Of a stretch of 37,747 nucleotides of DNA, positions 15,151 through 24,637 are shown piece by piece. The position numbers were made by a program, and so were the translations under genes. This stretch comes from a bacterium (GTDB taxonomy: Bacteria; Patescibacteriota; Minisyncoccia; CAYZDR01): NCBI GenBank assembly GCA_043806975.1, contig JAZDGL010000018.1, forward strand, positions 1 through 37,747. Direction: 5' to 3'. The notes beneath the pieces were generated by a model. The model was given only the letters and a program-made list of their open reading frames with translations. It searched no databases and was not told where the DNA came from. Position 1 is the first letter of the stretch; each line of letters starts with the position of its first letter.

Positions 15151-15492
15151 TTGAAGGAAGGAGGTCAAAATAATCAAATTTTGGCCTTGTTGGCGTTAAT
15201 AGGCGGAACAGATGGTTTTCGGTATGCGTTTCGCACCAAATTTGGGTTGATTGATCCAAATAGGAACGAATATAACGATATTTTAAGTTATGGCAAAGAC
15301 GCAGGAGTTCATGTCAATGAACTGTTTTTAGGGCTTGCAGGGGATTTTATTATTGATTCAGACAGTTGGGCATTGCTTAAAATGGCGTTGGGAGATGAAA
15401 AAATAAAACTTTCTGATGACTTTTGGAAATTTTATTATAAGCTCGGAGAGAATTCTCCAGAAATGGGGATAAAAGCAGGGTTTAAATTTTAA
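15151..15492 (+). pseudogene. probable continuation of 14309-15142 in the -1 frame (split or frameshifted gene)
   Basis: This frame is open from 15121 and overlaps the end of the upstream ORF. It has no ATG and no correctly spaced SD; the track start is a TTG. Confidence 0.4.
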
Positions 15493-15508
15493 AAGGAGAA
15501 ATAAAAAA

Positions 15509-15742
15509 ATGGAAAAAATAAAACAAGAAATAAAAAGGCAAATAAAATCATCTCAATTAGCAGAGAGTGATAAAATTTTTTTAGATAATTATCTAGATGC
15601 TTTAAATGATGATCAGTTAAAATTTTTAGCTGAAGAAATAAATAAAAATCCGAAGGTGTGGGTAGAGTTAATTGGCAATATCCAAAAGCAAAAACAGATA
15701 TTATTTTCCGGGACAGATAAACAATGGGAAGAAATTTTTTAG
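15509..15742 (+). CDS. hypothetical small protein (77 aa)
   Basis: AAGGAG lies upstream of the ATG. The product is helical and charged, with no recognisable motif. Confidence 0.6.
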   Translation: MEKIKQEIKRQIKSSQLAESDKIFLDNYLDALNDDQLKFLAEEINKNPKVWVELIGNIQKQKQILFSGTDKQWEEIF

Positions 15743-15808
15743 CTGATTGGCGCCATTTGATGAGTAAAAATAGGTAAAAAGGTGCTATGTTTAAGAATTG
15801 AGTATTTA

Positions 15809-15817
15809 TGCTATAAT
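15809..15817 (+). promoter_or_regulatory. extended -10 element (TGcTATAAT) 8 nt upstream of an ATG
   Basis: TGC at 15809-15811, TATAAT at 15812-15817, ATG at 15826, and no SD in between. Confidence 0.45.
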
Positions 15818-15825
15818 ATACTAGT

Positions 15826-16527
15826 ATGATTAAAGATTTTGATGAAATTGTAAAAAAGTATTATCCTGAGTTTAAGGATGTTGGATATTTTTTTAAGAAA
15901 TATCTAGAAAAATATATCAATTCCGATTCGGAAATTCTTGATATTGGCTGCGGAAGGCAAGCTTTTGGCGCAGAATTTTATAAAAAGGCGAAAAAACGAG
16001 TGGGGGTTGATCCCGACCAAGAGGCGCTGAATGATAACAAATTGATGGACGAGAAGTATTGTTGTGATGAGAGAAATATCCCGAATTCAATCGGGCAGTT
16101 TGATGTAATTATCGCGCAATGGGTCTTGGAACATATGGAAAATCCCGATAAAAGCTTTGAAGAGATAGAGAGGCTGGCAAAACCAGGTGGATATTTTATT
16201 TTTATGACGCCGAATATTTATTCCCCGCTTATTTTATTTAGTAAAATTTGCCCGATTTTTCTAAAAAAACGATTTCGCGGAAAATTAGGGATAAAAGAAG
16301 AAGATACTTATCCGACTTGCTACAGAGCAAATTCAGCAGCAAAAATAAATCAGATTTTAATTCGGAATAATTTTGAAAAAGTTGAGTTAAAAAAAGCTGG
16401 AGTATTGACATATTTTGGATTTAATAAAATCGCGCTCTTAAAAAAGATATTTTTTGATCGGACGGTCGGAAGATTATTCGGAGATTTATTCAAAACGCAT
16501 TTAACGGGGGTATATAGGAAAAAATAA
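15826..16527 (+). CDS. class I SAM-dependent methyltransferase
   Basis: ILDIGCGRQAFG (motif I) and the acidic/aromatic motifs of the Methyltransf_11 type. Confidence 0.8.
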   Translation: MIKDFDEIVKKYYPEFKDVGYFFKKYLEKYINSDSEILDIGCGRQAFGAEFYKKAKKRVGVDPDQEALNDNKLMDEKYCCDERNIPNSIGQFDVIIAQWVLEHMENPDKSFEEIERLAKPGGYFIFMTPNIYSPLILFSKICPIFLKKRFRGKLGIKEEDTYPTCYRANSAAKINQILIRNNFEKVELKKAGVLTYFGFNKIALLKKIFFDRTVGRLFGDLFKTHLTGVYRKK

Positions 16528-16536
16528 ATTTTCAAT

Positions 16537-16705
16537 TATAGTTTCCGTAAAACAAATTTATTTTAAAATCCCTCTTAGTCTCCCTTTTCAAAGGGAGAAA
16601 ATATCGGAATCCCTCTCAATCTTCCTTGCTGCGTCCCGCCAAAGTCCATGATGCGAAGGAGAATTAAGGGGGGAAAATATCGGAATTTGTTTTGCGGGAG
16701 CTATA
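16537..16705. repeat. Family-A modular palindromic element, copy 4 (complete, 169 bp)
   Basis: TATAGTTTCCGTAAAACAAATT ... AATTTGTTTTGCGGGAGCTATA. It contains the ~55-nt cassette (CTTGCTGCGTCCCGCCAAAGTCCATGATGCGAAGG) also present inverted at 30440-30500. It starts 10 nt after the stop codon. Confidence 0.9.
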
Positions 16706-16753
16706 TCGGTCCTCAAGTTCCCCTCTAAAAAGGAGCCAAGGGAGTTAATTGTT

Positions 16754-17929
16754 ATGCAATATTTTATTAAACGCCGTTATTTGCCGGCGGTAAGATTTAT
16801 TGATTTTCTAGGCGGAGCTTATGTAAAAACCAAGCGGATTTTTTTTAAGCCAAAAGAGTTTAAAAAAAGCGAGGTAAAAAAGATTTTAGTTTTAGTTTTA
16901 GATTTAATCGGTGATGGAATTTTAGCAACCCCGGCGCTAAAAGTTTTGCGGAATAATTTTCCTGATGCGAAAATCACAGCGGTTGTAGGAAAATGGAATA
17001 AGGAAATTTTTGAAAATAATTCGGATGTGGATAAAGTGGAGGTTTTGGACGCGCCGTGGGTCAAGAGGGATGTAAAATGGAGTATTGTAAAATGCTGGAA
17101 AATTGTCCGAAAATTAAGGCGCGAAAAATTTGATCTTGGTTTTGATTTTAGAGGAGATTTTTTTAATATCTTATTGATGAAAATGGCTGGGATAAAATAT
17201 ACGGTTGGATATGGGATAACCTGCGGGGGCTGGATGCTTAATAAATGCGCGCCTTACGAGGGCGATAGATTTTACAAGCATATTGTTGAAAGGAATTTGG
17301 ATTTATTAAGAGCTTTAGAATTAGATTTTAGCAAAAATGGTTTAGATTTAAAAGTTTATCCGAGTGAAAAAAATAAACGGGCAATTGATCAATTTTTTCT
17401 TGAAAATGGAATAGACAGGCAAGATAATTTAATTCTCATCCATCCAGGCAGCAATGATCAAACGCGTTGCTGGGACGATGAAAGATGGGCAGAAGTTGTG
17501 GCGGATATTGTTGAAAAGAGGTATAAAGTTATATTAAGCGGGGGACCGAAAGAAAAATATCAAATATCAAATATGAAAAATCAAAAACAGATATTTAATA
17601 TAGAAGATCAAATTTTTGAATTTGTGGGTTATAGTATATTGGATTTAGCGGAATTGATGAAACGGGTCAACATTGTTTTATGCGTCAATTCTGCCGCTTT
17701 GCATATTGCGGCGGCGCAGAAAACTCCGACAGTTTGTTTGTTTGCGGGATCTTATCCCCGCACATTCGGTCCGTGGCAAAATCTCAAATCTGTGGTATTA
17801 TTTAAAGATGATGCGAAATGTTTTCCCTGTGGAAAAGTGATTTGCGAAAATAATGTTTGTATGAAGGAAATAAGCGTAGAGGAAGTGATAGAGGCAGTAG
17901 AAAAGGTCGGCGATTTTAGGAAGCTTTAA
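16754..17929 (+). CDS. glycosyltransferase family 9 (heptosyltransferase-like)
   Basis: ILVLVLDLIGDGILATPALKVLRNNFP N-terminus and C-terminal NSAALHIAAAQKTPTVCLFAG, both typical of GT9. Confidence 0.8.
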   Translation: MQYFIKRRYLPAVRFIDFLGGAYVKTKRIFFKPKEFKKSEVKKILVLVLDLIGDGILATPALKVLRNNFPDAKITAVVGKWNKEIFENNSDVDKVEVLDAPWVKRDVKWSIVKCWKIVRKLRREKFDLGFDFRGDFFNILLMKMAGIKYTVGYGITCGGWMLNKCAPYEGDRFYKHIVERNLDLLRALELDFSKNGLDLKVYPSEKNKRAIDQFFLENGIDRQDNLILIHPGSNDQTRCWDDERWAEVVADIVEKRYKVILSGGPKEKYQISNMKNQKQIFNIEDQIFEFVGYSILDLAELMKRVNIVLCVNSAALHIAAAQKTPTVCLFAGSYPRTFGPWQNLKSVVLFKDDAKCFPCGKVICENNVCMKEISVEEVIEAVEKVGDFRKL

Positions 17930-17952
17930 AAAGATTCGCAAAGAAAAATTTT

Positions 17953-19530
17953 ATGCCTAAACAAACAAGAAATACAATTTATTTTTTTCAGTTAATTTTG
18001 GCGGCGCTTATTGCTGTCGGGATATTGCCGAGATATTATAGTTTTTTTATTGCGCTGGCGGCGGGAATTTATATTTATTTTGCCGATAAAACAGACGCGC
18101 TTTGGTTCCTAATCGCTTCAATTCCGCTTTATATTGCCCTCCCTTTTTCTAAAAGCTTTGATACATCTGCGTATTGGAGAATTTTATTTATTGAATATTT
18201 TATAATTTTAGCTTTAAAAAATAAAGAAAAAATCGTAAAAAAAGCCAAAGAAATCAAAAAAGATTTAATCGCGCGAAATTTTACGAAAATTTTTAAAGAG
18301 TATAAAATAGAAATTTTAATGACAGTTTTGTTTTTGTTGAGCATATTTTCTTTGGTAGGAGCGGAGAATAAAGCGCTTGGAATAAAAAGGATAGCATATT
18401 TTGGCAATTTTTTTATTTTTTATCTTATTCTTGTATATGGAATAAACTCTTTGAGCGAATTGAAGAATGCTTTGCGCGGATTGGCTGCCTCTGCGGGAAT
18501 TTTCGTTTTTGTTGGTTTTTTGCAGTTATTTTCTATGTATTTTACAAGCTATCAAAATTTTTGGTCGTTTTGGGCTGGAAAAGTTATTCCAGTTTTTTAT
18601 GGTCAAAAGCTTGCTGAATTTGTAAGTTTTAATAATGCTTGGTTCGCATTTTCTTTGTCTGGGCAGGTTTCATTAAGAATGTTTTCGCTTTTTTCTGATG
18701 CGGCATCAATTGCTTTTGCGATGGCGATGATCTGTTTTACCGTAATTCCTCTCTCGTTTTACTTTTTTTCGGAAGGAGACTTATTTAAGAAAAAGTTTTT
18801 TACGGTAATTTCGCTTGCGCTGGTAATTTTAGGGATAATCCTTTCGGGAAGCCGCGGGGCGTGGGTCAGTATAATTTTTGCCGCTGGGTTTGCTTTATTT
18901 GTTGCGGTTTTAAAAAAAACAACTGCGCAAGACAGGGCGATTTATGTAAAAAATATAATTTTGATGTGCGTTCTTTTTTTGCTGCTTTTTCCAATGTCTC
19001 CGCTTCTATTAGGGGCAAAAGATATTTCTACGACATCTTTGGGAAGAATTAGAACAATTCAGGATGAAAGCGATGTGTCTAATAAAAATCGTATTGAGGT
19101 GTGGAAAACTTCTTTGAAAACCTTGAAAGAGCATCCATTTTTTGGGGTTGGCGTAGCGAATTTTTCTGCTGAACCGGAAAAATTCGGTGAAAACTTTAAA
19201 ACTGCAAGCCACAATATGTATTTGTATATTGCCTGTGAAATGGGAATTCCCGCCCTTTTAGTCGTTTTAGTCCTGATATTTTATTTATTTAAGGATTTAA
19301 TTGCGGAGTTTCACACGGCGGAGGACAAATTTTTAAAAATGTTTTATTTAAGTCTTGGCGCGGCGGCGGCGTGGGTGTTTGGGTTGAGTTTAAGTATAGA
19401 TTGCCTTTTGAATGTGGATAAAATGACTTTAATTTTTTTAAGTTTTATAGGAATTTTTTATGCATCAAAAAGAATTGTTGGGCGAACAAGCGATTTCGCT
19501 GGTATCGTTGGCGGTAATGTCGTTCAATAG
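17953..19530 (+). CDS. O-antigen ligase/polymerase-like (Wzy_C domain) polytopic membrane protein
   Basis: More than 10 TM helices, with SGSRGAWVS and a periplasmic loop followed by the HNMYL motif. Confidence 0.7.
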   Translation: MPKQTRNTIYFFQLILAALIAVGILPRYYSFFIALAAGIYIYFADKTDALWFLIASIPLYIALPFSKSFDTSAYWRILFIEYFIILALKNKEKIVKKAKEIKKDLIARNFTKIFKEYKIEILMTVLFLLSIFSLVGAENKALGIKRIAYFGNFFIFYLILVYGINSLSELKNALRGLAASAGIFVFVGFLQLFSMYFTSYQNFWSFWAGKVIPVFYGQKLAEFVSFNNAWFAFSLSGQVSLRMFSLFSDAASIAFAMAMICFTVIPLSFYFFSEGDLFKKKFFTVISLALVILGIILSGSRGAWVSIIFAAGFALFVAVLKKTTAQDRAIYVKNIILMCVLFLLLFPMSPLLLGAKDISTTSLGRIRTIQDESDVSNKNRIEVWKTSLKTLKEHPFFGVGVANFSAEPEKFGENFKTASHNMYLYIACEMGIPALLVVLVLIFYLFKDLIAEFHTAEDKFLKMFYLSLGAAAAWVFGLSLSIDCLLNVDKMTLIFLSFIGIFYASKRIVGRTSDFAGIVGGNVVQ

Positions 19531-20578
19531 CAAAAAGTATTATAAAGAAAAATACGAGCAAAATAAAAGTTATCTCAAACATCTTTTGATTTCTATTAAA
19601 AATCAAACTTATCCAAATTTGGAAATAATTATAATAGACGATTGTTCCGATGAAAACCCTTTTGAATTAGTTAAAACAATTTTACCGCAAGCTAAAATGA
19701 TAAGAAATGAAAAAAATTTGGGACTTTTGAAATCAGAAAATAAGGCGATAGAAATGTTTGGCGGAAAATACGCGGGCTTATTAAATCAGGATCTTTATTT
19801 AGAGGGAGATTATATAGAAAAATTGGTGGAAGTTTTAGAAAAAGATGAAAAAATTGGGGTTTGCGGAGGTAAAACTAGAACTTTTTTGTTAAACGAAAAG
19901 GGTGAACCGGAGTTTTCGCAATTGATAGATAGCGCAGGAATGTTGTTTTTTAAAGATCGCAATATAATTGAAGCGGGGAGAATGGAAGAGGATAATGGGC
20001 AGTATAATAAACAAAAGACAGTTTTTGGAATTACAGGGGCGGCTCCGCTTTTTAGGAAAGAAGCCCTTGAAGATATTAAAATTTTTGGAGAATATTTTGA
20101 TGAAGATTTTCAGATGTATAAAGATGATGTGGATTTGTGTTGGCGGATGAATTTACGAGGTTGGAAGTGCGAATATGCTCCGCAGGCGCTGGCGCATCAT
20201 GCTAGGACTTCTGCGGGAATTCCTAAAAAATACAGGAAAAATTTTTTATTGCGCCGTTTCGGATATATTATCCACAGGGTTGTTAAAAAGCAGTCGGGAG
20301 GCTCTGCAACGCGCCGCAGGGATGTAAGAAACCACTATTGGATGCTTGTAAAAAACGATACATGGCAAAGCTTGTTGAAATCTGCGCCTTTTTTTCTTTG
20401 GCGCGAGTTGCAAAAGCTGGTTTTTGGCATATTTTTTGAGCCTAATGTTTATTTTCCCGGCTGGGTGGACTTTTTCGGAAAATTAGGTAAAATGAAAGGG
20501 AAGAGAAAGATTATTCAGTCAAGACGGAAAATTATCTGGCAAGAGATGGAAAAGAGATTTGAAAAAGGGATATGGTAG
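19460..20578 (+). CDS. glycosyltransferase family 2
   Basis: ISLVSLAVMSFNS beta-1 strand and IIIIDDCSDE. It overlaps the upstream gene by 71 nt if the ATG at 19460 is used; the in-frame ATG at 19517 is an alternative start. Confidence 0.8.
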   Translation: MHQKELLGEQAISLVSLAVMSFNSKKYYKEKYEQNKSYLKHLLISIKNQTYPNLEIIIIDDCSDENPFELVKTILPQAKMIRNEKNLGLLKSENKAIEMFGGKYAGLLNQDLYLEGDYIEKLVEVLEKDEKIGVCGGKTRTFLLNEKGEPEFSQLIDSAGMLFFKDRNIIEAGRMEEDNGQYNKQKTVFGITGAAPLFRKEALEDIKIFGEYFDEDFQMYKDDVDLCWRMNLRGWKCEYAPQALAHHARTSAGIPKKYRKNFLLRRFGYIIHRVVKKQSGGSATRRRDVRNHYWMLVKNDTWQSLLKSAPFFLWRELQKLVFGIFFEPNVYFPGWVDFFGKLGKMKGKRKIIQSRRKIIWQEMEKRFEKGIW

Positions 20579-20669
20579 CTAATTAACAAAACAAATTCCG
20601 ATGTTTTCCCCCTTGGCAAGGGGGAATTGAAAGGGGTTTTGTGAATAAATTTGTTTTGCGGGAGCTATA
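20576..20669. repeat. Family-A element, copy 5 (left end degenerate, overlaps the stop codon)
   Basis: TAGCTAATTAACAAAACAAATTCC ... one CCCCCTTGGCAAGGGGG cassette ... AATTTGTTTTGCGGGAGCTATA. Confidence 0.75.
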
Positions 20670-20709
20670 ATCTTTCTAATTAAAATAATGTTTTTTAGGA
20701 TATATAGAA

Positions 20710-21750
20710 ATGTCTTCCGATTCTAACCATAAAAAATCTATTTTTAAAAAAATCATACTCTGCTTGGGAATAGCGCTGTTTTTAATTTGCGCCCTTGCTG
20801 GTGCGGCAATTTACAAAACGGGGTCAGTTTATGTCAAAATGTCGGATGGAAAAAATTCTCTTTGGAGAAACATTTTAAGCCTGCTTCCTTTGGAAAAAAA
20901 TTCTTTTGCAAATAAAATTTTATCAGAAGATTCGGTTTTAAATAGCGAGACAGAGAGGGTGAACATAGCCATCTTGGGAATTAGAGGAGAAGATGACCCG
21001 AATGGCGGGCTTTTGGCAGATACGATTATGATTGCGAGTATTTTAAGAAAAGAAAATCAGCTTGCGTTAATTTCAATTCCGCGGGATTTGTATGTTAAGG
21101 TTCCCCGTTCTAAATCTGCGATGCAAAAAATTAATTCTGTTTATGCTTTTGGGCAAAAAAATGATAAGCAGGGTTTGGAATTTATGAAAGAGATACTTCA
21201 AACCGTGTCTGGGTTAGAAATTCATTATGCTGTTAGCGTTGATTTTGAAGCATTTGAGCAAACGGTGGATTTACTTGACGGGATTACGGTGCATGTGCCT
21301 AGGGATCTTACAGAAACACAACAATGGCAGGGGCAGCCTTTTCACATATCGGCGGGAGACCAAAAAATGAACGGAGAAACCGCGCTTTTATACGCAAGGG
21401 CGCGATATAGCACGAGCGATTTTGATCGCGCTAGGCGGCAGCAGGAAATTTTGATTGCGATAAGAAATAAGGCATTAAGCGCGGGGATTTTGATGAATCC
21501 TTTAAAAATTAATTCTTTGATGGATATAATAGGGGATAATGTAAAAATGGATTTTACCGCGTGGGAAGTAAAGGAAGTAATAAAAATTGCGCGCGATTTG
21601 GATTTAACTAATACAAAAAGAAGGGTTTTTGATTCTTCCGAAGCGGGCTTACTTGAAGCGAAGACTACCGATGCGGGAGAGTTTATTTTGGTTCCGCGCG
21701 GAAGCACTTATGAAAAAATACAGGAAGAATGCGAAGGAATTTTCAATTAG
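20710..21750 (+). CDS. LytR-CpsA-Psr (LCP) family glycopolymer phosphotransferase
   Basis: TM anchor, ILGIRGEDDPNGGLLADTIMIASI, and ALLYARARYSTSDFDRARRQQE. Confidence 0.88.
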   Translation: MSSDSNHKKSIFKKIILCLGIALFLICALAGAAIYKTGSVYVKMSDGKNSLWRNILSLLPLEKNSFANKILSEDSVLNSETERVNIAILGIRGEDDPNGGLLADTIMIASILRKENQLALISIPRDLYVKVPRSKSAMQKINSVYAFGQKNDKQGLEFMKEILQTVSGLEIHYAVSVDFEAFEQTVDLLDGITVHVPRDLTETQQWQGQPFHISAGDQKMNGETALLYARARYSTSDFDRARRQQEILIAIRNKALSAGILMNPLKINSLMDIIGDNVKMDFTAWEVKEVIKIARDLDLTNTKRRVFDSSEAGLLEAKTTDAGEFILVPRGSTYEKIQEECEGIFN

Positions 21751-21771
21751 CTTTTTATTGTGATCTAAAAC

Positions 21772-21822
21772 AGGGCTTATTCGTTTGATGAAAAAATGCG
21801 CTAAGCGCATAAGCCTTATAAA
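21772..21822. repeat. Family-D leader element, short copy
   Basis: AGGGCTTATTCGTTTG ... AAGCGCATAAGCCT-TATAAA. It is homologous to both ends of 24510-24637 and ends 10 nt before the GT2 ATG. Confidence 0.6.
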
Positions 21823-21832
21823 ATTTATTTTT

Positions 21833-22660
21833 ATGGACACCAAGGAATTGTCTATTATCGTTACATCCTATAAATCTTCGGCTATTCTTAAAATTTGTCT
21901 TAATTCTATAATTGAATCCTTGGAAGACAAAGACATAAATTATGAATTGATTGTTTTGGATAGCGCGACAGAAGAGGAAACATCTGATATGATAGAAGAA
22001 AGTTTTCCTGATATAAAATTTTTCCCGCACAAGAAGAATATGGGGACATCAAAACTTTGGAACGAGGGTTTTAAGATGGCGAAAGGCAAATTTATCGGGG
22101 TTTTTAACGCTGATTTGATTTTTGAAAAAGATGCGATTGAAAAAATACTGAATTTTATGAAAAAAAATGCGGCTGTGGGATTTTTGGGACCGGCGCTATT
22201 GGATTTAAATGGAAAGATTCAATTTTCTTGCTACGGGTGTTTTTATACGCCATGGGTTATTCTTTGCAGAAGAACTTTTTTGGGAAAAACTTTTTTCGGA
22301 AAAAGAACATTGGAAAAATTTTTGATGAAAAAATGGGATCACAAGCAAACTAAAAGCGTGCATTGGATTATGGGTTCTGCTATGGTGATTTCAAGGGAGG
22401 CATTGGAAAAAGTAGGGCCAATGGATGAAAGATTTTTTTTGTATTTTGAAGATACGGACTGGTGCCGCAGAGCATGGGAAGCTGGTTTTAAGGTTGTATA
22501 TTTTCCTGAGGCAAAATTGCATCATTATCATGGGCGCGCTAGCGCTAAAAGAAAGTGGTATCTTGCTCCTTTCATAAATAAATACGCGCGGATTCATATA
22601 AAAAGCGCCCTTATCTATTTTTGGAAAAATAAATTTAAAAAAGCGCCGATAATTGAATAA
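21833..22660 (+). CDS. glycosyltransferase family 2
   Basis: MDTKELSIIVTSYKS...LIVLDSATEE, and FFLYFEDTDWCRR. The upstream TTG extension is repeat-derived. Confidence 0.85.
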   Translation: MDTKELSIIVTSYKSSAILKICLNSIIESLEDKDINYELIVLDSATEEETSDMIEESFPDIKFFPHKKNMGTSKLWNEGFKMAKGKFIGVFNADLIFEKDAIEKILNFMKKNAAVGFLGPALLDLNGKIQFSCYGCFYTPWVILCRRTFLGKTFFGKRTLEKFLMKKWDHKQTKSVHWIMGSAMVISREALEKVGPMDERFFLYFEDTDWCRRAWEAGFKVVYFPEAKLHHYHGRASAKRKWYLAPFINKYARIHIKSALIYFWKNKFKKAPIIE

Positions 22661-22723
22661 AATTTGTTAAAAAGGTTTTTCGCCGTTATTTTTAGAGGCG
22701 AAAACGGTTGTTTATTAAAAAAT

Positions 22724-23935
22724 ATGTTAAAAAATAAAATAAAAAAAATAGTTTTAGCGTTAATAATTTTTCTTGCGGTTTTTGCGTTTGGATTTTGGGC
22801 TGGCAGGGCTCAATTATATTTTTTCCCTAATGGCGGACAAGTTATTGTCAATAAAGAAGAGGGGAAATTGCAGGAAGTTGATTTTAGTCTTTTTTGGAAT
22901 GTTTGGAAAGAGCTGGAAAAGAATTTTCCCGATAAACAAAAGCTAGACAGGCAAAAAATGGTTTATGGAGCAATTTCTGGGATGGTGAATTCCTTGGGCG
23001 ATCCTTATACTATTTTTATGAACCCCGAAGAAACAGCTGAATTTGAAGAAGATGTGGCTGGAAGTTTTGAGGGGGTGGGAATGGAAGTGGGTTTTAAGGA
23101 CGAAATTCCCACTGTTATTGCTCCGCTTCCAGGAACTCCCGCGGAAAAAGCGGGGATAAAATCGGGAGATAGAATTTTTAAAGTTGGCGATGCGCTTACG
23201 ACAAATTTGTCGTTGGACGAGATTATTAGTTTAATAAGAGGTCCAAAGGGGACGAGCGTTCAGCTTACGATCGTAAGAGAGGAATCCAGCGAACCGATAA
23301 TTATTGATATTGTGAGAGATGAAATTAAAGTTCCTACTTTGGATTTAAAAATTAGCGAGGATAAAATTGCAACAATAACTCTTTACCAATTTTCCGAAGA
23401 GTCGGGAGAGGATTTCAAGAAGGCTTTAAATGAATGTTTTAAGGAAGATGTTAAGGGATTGATTTTTGATTTAAGAAATAATCCAGGGGGGTATTTGCAT
23501 ATCGCTATTGAAATTTCGGAAGAATTTATTGGACGGGGCAAAACATTGGTTTCGGAAGAATACGCGAATGGAACAAAAAAAGAGTATGAATCATCTAATT
23601 GGAACCCAACTAAATTGCCGATGGTTATTTTAACGAATGAGGGGAGCGCGAGCGCTTCAGAAATAGTCGCAGGAGCGCTTAGAGATAATAATGGGGTTAA
23701 GCTGATCGGAAAACAGACATTCGGCAAGGGGTTGGTGCAAGAAGTAAAAGAGCTCAAAGATAATTCAAGCCTAAAAATGACAGTCGCTAGGTGGCTTACC
23801 CCTTCGGGAGTGTGTATAAATGAAAAAGGGCTTTCCCCCGATATAGAAGTTGACTACACGAAAGAAGATTTTGAGGCGGGGATAGATCCGCAAATGGAAA
23901 AAGCGAAAGAAGAAATAATGAAAATAAAAAGGTAA
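22724..23935 (+). CDS. ctpA: carboxy-terminal processing peptidase (S41) with PDZ domain
   Basis: TM anchor, PDZ region (AGIKSGDRIFKVGD), NEGSASASEIVAGAL and TFGKGLVQ catalytic motifs. Confidence 0.88.
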   Translation: MLKNKIKKIVLALIIFLAVFAFGFWAGRAQLYFFPNGGQVIVNKEEGKLQEVDFSLFWNVWKELEKNFPDKQKLDRQKMVYGAISGMVNSLGDPYTIFMNPEETAEFEEDVAGSFEGVGMEVGFKDEIPTVIAPLPGTPAEKAGIKSGDRIFKVGDALTTNLSLDEIISLIRGPKGTSVQLTIVREESSEPIIIDIVRDEIKVPTLDLKISEDKIATITLYQFSEESGEDFKKALNECFKEDVKGLIFDLRNNPGGYLHIAIEISEEFIGRGKTLVSEEYANGTKKEYESSNWNPTKLPMVILTNEGSASASEIVAGALRDNNGVKLIGKQTFGKGLVQEVKELKDNSSLKMTVARWLTPSGVCINEKGLSPDIEVDYTKEDFEAGIDPQMEKAKEEIMKIKR

Positions 23936-23969
23936 TTTATTGCGCTAAAATTAAGGCAGGGAGCCAAAC

Positions 23970-23999
23970 TTGAAAAAACTAGCCGAGAAATGTTATAAT
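23970..23999 (+). promoter_or_regulatory. promoter for rplI
   Basis: TTGAAA (23970-23975), 18 nt, TGt-TATAAT (-10 at 23994-23999). Confidence 0.5.
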
Positions 24000-24057
24000 G
24001 GGATTAAAGGGGGATTTATTTTAAAATAAAAGTCCTATATAAGTTAAATTGCAAAAT

Positions 24058-24504
24058 ATGAAAGTCATTTTAGTTAAAAATGTTCCAAAATTAGGCAAAG
24101 CGGGAGAAATAAAAGAAATTTCTGATGGCTTTGCAAGAAATATGCTTTTTCCCAAAGAAATGGCTGTTGCGGCAACACAAGAAGCTATTAAAGCGCTGGA
24201 ATTTCAGAAAAGTTTAAAAAGAAGAAAAACAGAGAAAGAGCTGGAAACGGTTGAATCCATAGCGGAAGAGCTAGATGGGAAAGAATTTATTATTTTTCAG
24301 AAAGCTCAAGAAGACGGGAAGCTTTTTGGGTCTGTGACGGAAAAAGTTATTTCTGAAAGGATGAGACAGGAAGGATTCGTTGTGGATAAAAAGCAAATTA
24401 AGCTTTTAGAAAATATCAAAAATGTAGGCGAGCATGATATTACGATAAATTTTGATCATAATTTAGAAGCGAAGATAAAAATAATCGTTGAGGCGGAGGA
24501 ATAA
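24058..24504 (+). CDS. rplI: 50S ribosomal protein L9
   Basis: MKVILVKNVPKLGKAGEIKEISDGFARNMLFPK... matches the conserved L9 N-terminus. Confidence 0.92.
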   Translation: MKVILVKNVPKLGKAGEIKEISDGFARNMLFPKEMAVAATQEAIKALEFQKSLKRRKTEKELETVESIAEELDGKEFIIFQKAQEDGKLFGSVTEKVISERMRQEGFVVDKKQIKLLENIKNVGEHDITINFDHNLEAKIKIIVEAEE

Positions 24505-24509
24505 TAAAT

Positions 24510-24637
24510 TAGGACTTACGCGTTTGAGTGCAGTTCAAGGAAAATGCGAGGAGCGGAGCGAGGCGCACTTAATGGTGCGGCGAGCAAGCACCGCAGTATT
24601 TGACGAAGAAATGTGCCAAACGCGCAAGTCCTATAAA
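24510..24637. repeat. Family-D leader element, long copy (about 125 nt) with 17-bp terminal inverted repeat
   Basis: TAGGACTTACGCGTTTG (24510-24526) pairs with CAAACGCGCAAGTCCTA (24617-24633), with one mismatch. Internal GC-rich sub-hairpins are present. It ends in TATAAA, 16 nt before the pyrG ATG. Confidence 0.65.
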
